From assembly GCA_964658305.1 (NCBI GenBank), contig OZ210885.1, forward strand, positions 16,430,001-16,494,000: DNA of 64,000 bases, given 5' to 3'. Below are positions 24,501 to 36,800 of the stretch, piece after piece (within the stretch, counting starts at the first letter, position 1; each line of letters begins with the position of its first letter). The position numbers were made by a program, and so were the translations under genes. Below the pieces are notes generated by a model, which worked only from the letters and a program-made list of their open reading frames with translations, was not told the DNA's origin and ran no database searches. Source of the stretch: Leptogorgia sarmentosa (taxonomy: Eukaryota).

Positions 24501-27500
24501 ACTTCAGGGTTTTGTTATTGTTACACATTTAAAAAGTGTAACTTGCATCAACAAATGTCTACGACTGTACGAGTAGGAAAGTGCCGGTTCTCATCTGATC
24601 ACCGAAGTTAAGCCTAGGTGGGCAAAGTTAGTACTTGGATGGGTGACCACCTGGGAATACTTTGTGTTGTAGACTTGCTTCATTTTATTGTATGTGTGTT
24701 TGTAAATAGGTTTGCTTTCAATGTAAACTTCAGGCATTTTGTTATTGCTACATCTGGAAATACTTTGTATTGTTGTTTTGCTAAATGTTATTTAATGCCT
24801 ATTTGTAAATATAATTCCTTTCAACTTCAACTTCAGGGTTTTGTTATTGTTACACGTTTAAAAAGTGTAACTTCCATCAACAAGTGTCTACGACCATACC
24901 AGTAGGAAAATACCGGTTCTCGTCCGATCACCGAAGTTAAGCCTACGTGGGCAAAGTTAGTAGTTGGATGGGTGACCACCTGGGAATACTTTGTGTTGTA
25001 GACTTGCTTCATTTTGTTGTATGTGTGTTTGTAAGTAGGTTTGCTTTCAATTTCAACTCCAGGGTTTTGTTATTGTTACACGTTTAAAAAGTGTAACTTC
25101 CATCAACAAATGTCTACGACCATACCAGTAGGAAAATACCGGTTCTCGTCTGATCACCGAAGTTAAGCCTAGGTGGGCAAAGTTAGTACTTGGATGGGTG
25201 ACTACCTGGGAATACTTTGTGTTGTAGACTTGCTTCATTTTATTGTATGTGTGTTTGTAAATAGGTTTGCTTTCAATTTCAACTTCAGGGTTTTGTTATT
25301 GTTACACGTTTAAAAAGTGTAACTTCCATCAACAAATGTCTACGACCATACCAGTAGGAAAATACCGGTTCTCGTCTGATCACCGAAGTTAAGCCTAGGT
25401 GGGAAAAGTAAGTACTTGGATGGGTGACCACCTGGGAATACTTTGTGTTGTAGACTTGCTTCATTTTATTGTATGTGTGTTTGTAAATAGGTTTGCTTTC
25501 AATTTCAACTTCAGGGTTTTGTTATTGTTACGCGTTTAAAAAGTGTAACTTCCATCAACAAATTTGTACGACCATACCAGTAGGAAAATACCGGTTCTCG
25601 TCTGATCACCGAAGTTAAGCCTAGGTGGGCAAAGTTAGTACTTGGATGGGTGACCACCTGGGAATACTTTGTGTTGTAGACTTGCTTCATTTTATTGTAT
25701 GTGTGTTTGTAAATAGGTTTGCTTTCAATGTAAACTTCAGGGATTTTGTTATTGCTACATCTGGAAATACTTTGTATTGTTGTTTTCCTAAATGTTATTT
25801 AATGCCTATTTGTAAATATAATTCCTTTCAATTTCAACTTCAGGGTTTTGTTATTGTTACACATTTAAAAAGTGTAACTTGCATCAACAAATGTCTGCGA
25901 CCGTACGAGTAGGAAAATACCGGTTCTCGTCTGATCACCGAAGTTAAGCCTAGGTGGGCAAACTTAGTACTTGGATGGGTGACTACCTGCGAATACTTTG
26001 TGTTGTAGACTTGCTTCATTTTATTGTATGTGTGTTTGTAAATATAATTCCTTTCAATCTCAACTTCAGGGTTTTGTTATTGTTTCACGTTTAAAAAGTG
26101 TAACTTCCATCAATAAATGTCTACGACCATACCACTAGGAAAATACCGGTTCTCGTCTGATCACCGAAGTTAGGCCTAGGTGGGCAAAGTTAGTACTTGG
26201 ATGGGTGACCACCTGGGAATACTTTGTGTTGTAGACTTGCTTCATTTTATTGTATGTGTGTTTGTAAATAGGTTTGCTTTCAATGTAAACTTCAGGGATT
26301 TTGTTATTGCTACATCTGGAAATACTTTGTATTGTTGTTTTCCTAAATGTTATTTAATCCCTATTTGTAAATATAATTCCTTTCAATTTCAACTTCAGGG
26401 TTTTGTTATTGTTACACATTTAAAAAGTGTAACTTCCATCAACAAATGCCTACGACCGTACGAGTAGGAAAATACCGGTTCTCGTCTGATCACCGAAGTT
26501 AAGCCTAGGTGGGCAAAGTTAGTAGTTGGATGGGTGACCACCTGGGAATACTTTGCATTGTAGACTTGCTTCATTTTGTTGTATGTGTGTTTGTAAATAT
26601 AATTCCTTTCAATCTCAACTTCAGGGTTTTGTTATTGTTACACGTTTAAAAAGTGTAACTTCCATCAATAAATGTCTACGACCATACCACTAGGAAAATA
26701 CCGGTTCTCGTCTGATCACCGAAGTTAAGCGTAGATGGGAAAAGTTAGTACTTGGATGGGTGACCACCTGGGAATACTTTGTGTTGTAGATTTGCTTCAT
26801 TTTATTGTATGTGTGTTTTTAAATAGGTTTGCTTTCAATTTCAACTTCAGGGTTTTGTTATTGTTACACGTTTAAAAAGTGTAACTTCCATCAACAAATG
26901 TCTACGACCATACCAGTAGGAAAATACCGGTTCTCGTCTGATCACCGAAGTTAGGCCTAGGTGGGCAAAGTTAGTACTTGGATGGGTGACCACCTGGGAA
27001 TACTTTGTGTTGTAGACTTGCTTCATTTTATTGTATGTGTGTTTGTAAATAGGTTTGCTTTCAATGTAAACTTCAGGGATTTCGTTATTGCTACATCTGG
27101 AAATACTTTGTATTGTTGTTTTGCTAAATGTTATTTAATCCCTATTTGTAAATATAATTCCTTTCAATTTCAACTTCAGGGTTTTGTTATTGTTACACGT
27201 TTAAAAAGTGTAACTTCCATCAACAAATGCCTACGACCGTACGAGTAGGAAAATACCGGTTCTCGTCTGATCACCGAAGTTAAGCCTAGGTGGGTAAAGT
27301 TAGTAGTTGGATGGGTGACCACCTGGGAATACTTTGCGTTGTAGACTTGCTTCATTTTATTGTATGTGTGTTTGTAAATAGGTTTGCTTTCAATTTCAAC
27401 TTCAGGGTTTTGTTATTGTTACACGTTTAAAAAGTGTAACTTCCATCAACAAATGTCTACGACCATACCAGTAGGAAAATACCGGTTCTCGTCTGATCAC

Positions 27501-28009
27501 CGAAGTTAGGCCTAGGTGGGAAAAGTTAGTACTTGGATGGGTGACCACCTGGGAATACTTTGTGTTGTAGACTTGCTTCATTTTATTGTATGTGTGTTTG
27601 TAAATAGGTTTCCTTTCAATTTCAACTTCAGGGATTTTGTTATTGCTACATCTGGAAATATTTTGTATTGTTGTTTTGCTAAATGTTATTTAATGCCTAT
27701 TTGTAAATATAATTCCTTTCAACTTCAACTTCAGGGTTTTATTATTGTTACACGTTTAAAAAGTGTAACTTCCATCAACAAGTGTCTACGACCATACCAG
27801 TAGGAAAATACCGGTTCTCGTCTGATCACCGAAGTTAAGCCTAGGTGGGAAAAGTTAGTACTTGGATGGGTGACCACCTGGGAATACTTTGTGTTGTAGA
27901 CTTGCTTCATTTTATTGTATGTGTGTTTGTAAATAGGTTTGCTTTCAATTTCAACTTCAGGGTTTTGTTATTGTTACACGTTTAAAAAGTGTAACTTCCA
28001 TCAACAAAT

Positions 28010-28129
28010 GTCTACGACCATACCAGTAGGAAAATACCGGTTCTCGTCTGATCACCGAAGTTAAGCCTAGGTGGGCAAAGTTAGTACTTGGATGGGTGAC
28101 CACCTGGGAATACTTTGTGTTGTAGACTT
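28010..28129 (+). rRNA. 5S rRNA gene, consensus copy
   Basis: Same sequence as 1799-1918 by eye. Confidence 0.94.
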
Positions 28130-31100
28130 GCTTCATTTTATTGTATGTGTGTTTGTAAATAGGTTTGCTTTCAATATAAACTTCAGGGATTTTGTTATTG
28201 CTACATCTGGAAATACTTTGTATTGTTGTTTTGCTAAATTTTATTTAATGCCTATTTGTAAATATAATTCCTTTCAATTTCAACTTCAGGGTTTTGTTAT
28301 TAATACACACGTTTAAAAAGTGTAACTTCCATCAACAAATGTCTACAACCATACCAGTAGGAAAATACCGGTTCTCGTCTGATCACCGAAGTTAAGCCTA
28401 GGTGGGCAAAGTTAGTACTTGGATGGGTGACTACCTGGGAATACTTTGTGTTGTAGACTTGCTTCATTTTATTGTATGTGTGTTTGTAAATAGGTTTGCT
28501 TTCAATTTCAACTTCAGGGTTTTGTTATTGTTACACGTTTAAAAAGTGTAACTTCCATCAACAAATGTCTACAACCATACCAGTAGGAAAATACCGGTTC
28601 TCGTCTGATCACCGAAGTTAGGCCTAGGTGGGAAAAGTTAGTACTTGGATGGGTGACCACCTGGGAATACTTTGTGTTGTAGACTTGCTTCATTTTATTG
28701 TATGTGTGTTTGTAAATAGGTTTGCTTTCAATTTCAACTTCAGGGTTTTGTTATTGTTACACGTTTAAAAAGTGTAACTTCCATCAACAAATGTCTACCA
28801 CCATACCAGTAGGAAAATACCGGTTCTCGTCTGATCACCAAAGTTAAGCCTAGGTGGGCAAAGTTAGTACTTGGATGGGTGACTACCTGGGAATACTTTG
28901 TGTTGTAGACTTGCTTCATTTTATTGTATGTGTGTTTGTAAATAGGTTTGCTTTCAATTTCAACTTCAGGGTTTTGTTATTGTTACACGTTTAAAAAGTG
29001 TAACTTCCATCAACAAATGTCTACAACCATACCAGTAGGAAAATACCGGTTCTCGTCTGATCACCGAAGTTAGGCCTAGGTGGGAAAAGTTAGTACTTGG
29101 ATGGGTGACCACCTGGGAATACTTTGTGTTGTAGACTTGCTTCATTTTATTGTATGTGTGTTTGTAAATAGGTTTGCTTTCAATTTCAACTTCAGGGTTT
29201 TGTTATTGTTACACGTTTAAAAAGTGTAACTTCCATCAACAAATGTCTACGACCATACCAGTAGGAAAATACCGGTTCTCGTCTGATCACCGAAGTTAGG
29301 CCTAGGTGGGAAAAGTTTGTACTTGGATGGGTGACCACCTGGGAATACTTTGTGTTGTAGACTTGCTTCATTTTATTGTATGTGTGTTTGTAAATAGGTT
29401 TGCTTTGAATTTCAACTTCAGGGTTTTGTTATTGTTACACGTTTAAAAAGTGTAACTTCCATCAACAAATGTCTACGACCATACCAGTAGGAAAATACCG
29501 GTTCTCGTCTGATCACCGAAGTTAAGCCTAGGTGGGCAAAGTTAGTACTTGGATGGGTGACCACCTGGGAATACTTTGTGTTGTAGACTTGCTTCATTTT
29601 ATTGTATGTGTGTTTGTAAATAGGTTTGCTTTCAATTTCACCTTCAGGGTTTTGTTATTGTTACACGTTTAAAAAGTGTAACTTCCATCAACAAATGTCT
29701 ACGACCATACCAGTAGGAAAATACCGGTTCTCGTCTGATCACCGAACTTAAGCCTAGGTGGGAACAGTTAGTACTTGGATGGGTGACCACCTGGGAATAC
29801 TTTGTGTTGTAGACTTGCTTCATTTTATTGTATGTGTGTTTGTAAATAGGTTTGCTTTCAATTTCAACTTCAGGGTTTTGTTATTGTTACACATTTAAAA
29901 AGTGTAACTTCCATCAACAAATGTCTACGACCATACCAGTAGGAAAATACCGGTTCTCGTCTGATCACCGAAGTTAAGCCTAGGTGGGCAAAGTTAGTAC
30001 TTGGATGGGTGACCACCTGGGAATACTTTGTGTTGTAGACTTGCTTCGTTTTATTGTATGTGTGTTCGTAAATAGGTTTGCTTTCAATGTAAACTTCAGG
30101 GATTTTGTTATTGCTACATCTGGAAATACTTTGTATTGTTGTTTTCCTAAATGTTATTTAATCCCTATTTGTAAATATAATTCCTTTCAATTTCAACTTC
30201 AGGGTTTTGTTATTGTTACACATTTAAAAAGTGTAACTTGCATCAACAAATGTCTACGACCGTACGAGTAGGAAAATACCGGTTCTCGTCTGATCACCGA
30301 AGTTAAGCCTAGGTGGGCAAAGTTAGTAGTTGGATGGGTGACCACCTGGGAATACTTTGTGTTGTAGACTTGCTTCATTTTGTTGTATGTGTGTTTGTAA
30401 GTAGGTTTGCTTTCAATTTCAACTTCAGGGTTTTGTTATTGTTACACGTTTAAAAAGTGTAACTTCCATCAATAAATGTCTACGACCATACCAGTAGGAA
30501 AATACCGGTTCTCGTCTGATCACCGAAGTTAGGCCTAGGTGGGAAAAGTTAGTACTTGGATGGGTGACCACCTGGGAATACTTTGTGTTGTAGACTTGCT
30601 TCATTTTATTGTATGTGTGTTTGTAAATAGGTTTGCTTTCAATTTCAACTTCAGGGATTTTGTTATTGCTACATCTGGAAATATTTTGTATTGTTGTTTT
30701 GCTAAATGTTATTTAATGCCTATTTGTAAATATAATTCCTTTCAACTTCAACTTCAGGGTTTTATTATTGTTACACGTTTAAAAAGTGTAACTTCCATCA
30801 ACAAGTGTCTACGACCATACCAGTAGGAAAATACCGGTTCTCGTCTGATCACCGAAGTTAAGCCTAGGTGGGAAAAGTTAGTACGTGGATGGGTGACCAC
30901 CTGGGAATACTTTGTGTTGTAGACTTGCTTCATTTTATTGTATGTGTGTTTGTAAATAGGTTTGCTTTCAATTTCAACTTCAGGGTTTTGTTATTAATAC
31001 ACACGTTTAAAAAGTGTAACTTCCATCAACAAATGTCTACAACCATACCAGTAGGAAAATACCGGTTCTCGTCTGATCACCGAAGTTAGGCCTAGGTGGG

Positions 31101-33276
31101 AAAAGTTAGTACTTGGATGGGTGACCACCTGGGAATACTTTGTGTTGTAGACTTGCTTCATTTTATTGTATGTGTGTTTGTAAATAGGTTTGCTTTCAAT
31201 TTCAACTTCAGGGTTTTGTTATTGTTACACGTTTAAAAAGTGTAACTTCCATCAACAAATGTCTACCACCATACCAGTAGGAAAATACCGGTTCTCGTCT
31301 GATCACCGAAGTAAAGCCTAGGTGGGCAAAGTTAGTACTTGGATGGGTGACCACCTGGGAATACTTTGTGTTGTAGACTTGCTTCATTTTATTGTATGTG
31401 TGTTTGTAAGTAGGTTTGCTTTCAATTTCAACTTCAGGGTTTTGTTATTGTTACACGTTTAAAAAGTGTGAGTTCCATCAACAAATGTCTACGACCATAC
31501 CAGTAGGAAAATACCGGTTCTCGTCTGATCACCGAAGTTAAGCCTAGGTGGGCAAAGTTAGTACTTGGATGGGTGACTACCTGGGAATACTTTGTGTTGT
31601 AGACTTGCTTCATTTTATTGTATGTGTGTTTGTAAATAGGTTTGCTTTCAATTTCAACTTCAGGGTTTTGTTATTGTTACACGTTTAAAAAGTGTAACTT
31701 CCATCAACAAATGTCTACGACCATACCAGTAGGAAAATACCGGTTCTCGTCTGATCACCGAAGTTAGGCCTAGGTGGGAAAAGTTAGTACTTGGATGGGT
31801 GACCACCTGGGAATACTTTGTGTTGTAGACTTGCTTCATTTTATTGTATGTGTGTTTGTAAATAGGTTTGCTTTCAATTTCAACTTCAGGGATTTTGTTA
31901 TTGCTACATCTGGAAATATTTTGTATTGTTGTTTTGCTAAATGTTATTTAATGCCTATTTGTAAATATAATTCCTTTCAACTTCAACTTCAGGGTTTTAT
32001 TATTGTTACACGTTTAAAAAGTGTAACTTCCATCAACAAGTGTCTACGACCATACCAGTAGGAAAATACCGGTTCTCGTCTGATCACCGAAGTTAAGCCT
32101 AGGTGGGAAAAGTTAGTACTTGGATGGGTGACCACCTGGAAATACTTTGTGTTGCAGACTTGCTTCATTTTATTGTATGTGTGTTTGTAAATAGGTTTGC
32201 TTTCAATTTCAACTTCAGGGTTTTGTTATTGTTACACGTTTAAAAAGTGTAACTTCCATCAACAAATGTCTACGACCATACCAGTAGGAAAATACCGGTT
32301 CTCGTCTGATCACCGAAGTTAAGCCTAGGTGGGCAAAGTTAGTACTTGGATGGGTGACCACCTGGGAATACTTTGTGTTGTAGACTTGCTTCATTTTATT
32401 GTATGTGTGTTTGTAAATAGGTTTGCTTTCAATATAAACTTCAGGGATTTTGTTATTGCTACATCTGGAAATACTTTGTATTGTTGTTTTGCTAAATTTT
32501 ATTTAATGCCTATTTGTAAATATAATTCCTTTCAATTTCAACTTCAGGGTTTTGTTATTAATACACACGTTTAAAAAGTGTAACTTCCATCAACAAATGT
32601 CTACAACCATACCAGTAGGAAAATACCGGTTCTCGTCTGATCACCGAAGTTAGGCCTAGGTGGGAAAAGTTAGTACTTGGATGGGTGACCACCTGGGAAT
32701 ACTTTGTGTTGTAGACTTGCTTCATTTTATTGTATGTGTGTTTGTAAATAGGTTTGCTTTCAATTTCAACTTCAGGGTTTTGTTATTGTTACACGTTTAA
32801 AAAGTGTAACTTCCATCAACAAATGTCTACCACCATACCAGTAGGAAAATACCGGTTCTCGTCTGATCACCGAAGTAAAGCCTAGGTGGGCAAAGTTAGT
32901 ACTTGGATGGGTGACCACCTGGGAATACTTTGTGTTGTAGACTTGCTTCATTTTATTGTATGTGTGTTTGTAAGTAGGTTTGCTTTCAATTTCAACTTCA
33001 GGGTTTTGTTATTGTCACACGTTTAAAAAGTGTAAGTTCCATCAACAAATGTCTACGACCATACCAGTAGGAAAATACCGGTTCTCGTCTGATCACCGAA
33101 GTTAAGCCTAGGTGGGCAAAGTTAGTACTTGGATGGGTGACTACCTGGGAATACTTTGTGTTGTAGACTTGCTTCATTTTATTGTATGTGTGTTTGTAAA
33201 TAGGTTTGCTTTCAATTTCAACTTCAGGGTTTTGTTATTGTTACACGTTTAAAAAGTGTAACTTCCATCAACAAAT

Positions 33277-33396
33277 GTCTACGACCATACCAGTAGGAAA
33301 ATACCGGTTCTCGTCTGATCACCGAAGTTAAGCCTAGGTGGGCAAAGTTAGTACTTGGATGGGTGACCACCTGGGAATACTTTGTGTTGTAGACTT
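33277..33396 (+). rRNA. 5S rRNA gene, consensus copy
   Basis: Same sequence as 1799-1918 by eye. Confidence 0.94.
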
Positions 33397-33899
33397 GCTT
33401 CATTTTATTGTATGTGTGTTTGTAAATAGGTTTGCTTTCAAGATAAACTTCAGGGATTTTGTTATTGCTACATCTGGAAATACTTTGTATTGTTGTTTTG
33501 CTAAATTTTATTTAATGCCTATTTGTAAATATAATTCCTTTCAATTTCAACTTCAGGGTTTTGTTATTGTTACACGTTTAAAAAGTGTAACTTCCATCAA
33601 CAAATGTCTACGACCATACCAGTAGGAAAATACCGGTTCTCGTCTGATCACCGAAGTTAAGCCTAGGTGGGCAAAGTTAGTACTTGGATGGGTGACTACC
33701 TGGGAATACTTTGTGTTGTAGACTTGCTTCATTTTATTGTATGTGTGTTTGTAAATAGGTTTGCTTTCAATTTCAACTTCAGGGTTTTGTTATTGTTACA
33801 CGTTTAAAAAGTGTAACTTCCATCAACAAATGTCTACAACCATACCAGTAGGAAAATACCGGTTCTCGTCTGATCACCGAAGTTAGGCCTAGGTGGGAA

Positions 33900-36800
33900 A
33901 AGTTAGTACTTGGATGGGTGACCACCTGGGAATACTTTGTGTTGTAGACTTGCTTCATTTTATTGTATGTGTGTTTGTAAATAGGTTTGCTTTCAATTTC
34001 AACTTCAGGGTTTTGTTATTGTTACACGTTTAAAAAGTGTAACTTCCATCAACAAATGTCTACCACCATACCAGTAGGAAAATACCGGTTCTCGTCTGAT
34101 CACCAAAGTTAAGCCTAGGTGGGCAAAGTTAGTACTTGGATGGGTGACTACCTGGGAATACTTTGTGTTGTAGACTTGCTTCATTTTATTGTATGTGTGT
34201 TTGTAAATAGGTTTGCTTTCAATTTCAACTTCAGGGTTTTGTTATTGTTACACGTTTAAAAAGTGTAACTTCCATCAACAAATGTCTACAACCATACCAG
34301 TAGAAAAATACCGGTTCTCGTCTGATCACCGAAGTTAGGCCTAGGTGGGAAAAGTTAGTACTTGGATGGGTGACCACCTGGGAATACTTTGTGTTGTAGA
34401 CTTGCTTCATTTTATTGTATGTGTGTTTGTAAATAGGTTTGCTTTCAATTTCAACTTCAGGGTTTTGTTATTGTTACACGTTTAAAAAGTGTAACTTCCA
34501 TCAACAAATGTCTACGACCATACCGGTAGGAAAATACCGGTTCTCGTCTGATCACCGAAGTTAGGCCTAGGTGGGAAAAGTTTGTACTTGGATGGGTGAC
34601 CACCTGGGAATACTTTGTGTTGTAGACTTGCTTCATTTTATTGTATGTGTGTTTGTAAATAGGTTTGCTTTCAATTTCAACTTCAGGGTTTTGTTATTGT
34701 TACACGTTTAAAAAGTGTAACTTCCATCAACAAATGTCTACGACCATACCAGTAGGAAAATACCGGTTCTCGTCTGATCACCGAAGTTAAGCCTAGGTTG
34801 GCAAAGTTAGTACTTGGATGGGTGACCACCTGGGAATACTTTGTGTTGTAGACTTGCTTCATTTTATTGTATGTGTGTTTGTAAATAGGTTTGCTTTCAA
34901 TTTCACCTTCAGGGTTTTGTTATTGTTACACGTTTAAAAAGTGTAACTTCCATCAACAAATGTCTACGACCATACCAGTAGGAAAATACCGGTTCTCGTC
35001 TGATCACCGAACTTAAGCCTAGGTGGGAACAGTTAGTACTTGGATGGGTGACCACCTGGGAATACTTTGTGTTGTAGACTTGCTTCATTTTATTGTATGT
35101 GTGTTTGTAAATAGGTTTGCTTTCAATTTCAACTTCAGGGTTTTGTTATTGTTACACATTTAAAAAGTGTAACTTCCATCAACAAATGTCTACGACCATA
35201 CCAGTAGGAAAATACCGGTTCTCGTCTGATCACCGAAGTTAAGCCTAGGTGGGCAAAGTTAGTACTTGGATGGGTGACCACCTGGGAATACTTTGTGTTG
35301 TAGACTTGCTTCGTTTTATTGTATGTGTGTTCGTAAATAGGTTTGCTTTCAATGTTAACTTCAGGGATTTTGTTATTGCTACATCTGGAAATACTTTGTA
35401 TTGTTGTTTTCCTAAATGTTATTTAATCCCTATTTGTAAATATAATTCCTTTCAATTTCAACTTCAGGGTTTTGTTATTGTTACACATTTAAAAAGTGTA
35501 ACTTGCATCAACAAATGTCTACGACCGTACGAGTAGGAAAATACCGGTTCTCGTCTGATCACCGAAGTTAAGCCTAGGTGGGCAAAGTTAGTATTTGCAT
35601 GGGTGACCACCTGGGAATACTTTGTGTTGTAGACTTACTTCATTTTATTGCATGTGTGTTTGTAAATAGGTTTGCTTTCAATGTAAACTTCAGGGATTTT
35701 GTTATTGCTACATCTGGAAATACTTTGTATTGTTGTTTTGCTAAATGTTATTTAATGCCTATTTGTAAATATAATTCCTTTCAACTTCAACTTCAGGGTT
35801 TTGTTATTGTTACACGTTTAAAATGTGTAACTTCCATCAACAAGTGTCTACAACCATACCAGTAGGAAAATACCGATTCTCGTCTGATCACCGAAGTTAA
35901 GCCTAGGTGGGCAAAGTTAGTAGTTGGATGGGTGACCACCTGGGAATACTTTGTGTTGTAGACTTGCTTCATTTTGTTGTATGTGTGTTTGTAAGTAGGT
36001 TTGCTTTCAATTTCAACTTCAGGGTTTTGTTATTGTTACACGTTTAAAAAGTGTAACTTCCATCAATAAATGTCTACGACCATACCAGTAGGAAAATACC
36101 GGTTCTCGTCTGATCACCGAAGTTAGGCCTAGGTGGGAAAAGTTAGTACTTGGATGGGTGACCACCTGGGAATACTTTGTGTTGTAGACTTGCTTCATTT
36201 TATTGTATGTGTGTTTGTAAATAGGTTTGCTTTCAATTTCAACTTCAGGGATTTTGTTATTGCTACATCTGGAAATATTTTGTATTGTTGTTTTGCTAAA
36301 TGTTATTTAATGCCTATTTGTAAATATAATTCCTTTCAACTTCAACTTCAGGGTTTTATTATTGTTACACGTTTAAAAAGTGTAACTTCCATCAACAAGT
36401 GTCTACGACCATACCAGTAGGAAAATACCGGTTCTCGTCTGATCACCGAAGTTAAGCCTAGGTGGGAAAAGTTAGTACTTGGATGGGTGACCACCTGGGA
36501 ATACTTTGTGTTGTAGACTTGCTTCATTTTATTGTATGTGTGTTTGTAAATAGGTTTGCTTTCAATTTCAACTTCAGGGTTTTGTTATTGTTACATCTGG
36601 AAATACTTTGTATTGTTGTTTTGCTAAATGTTATTTAATCCCTATTTGTAAATATAATTCCTTTCAATTTCAACTTCAGGGTTTTGTTATTGTTACACGT
36701 TTAAAAAGTGTAACTTCCATCAACAAGTGTCTACGACCATACCAGTAGGAAAATACCGGTTCTCGTCTGATCACCGAAGTTAAGCCTAGGTGGGTAAAGT

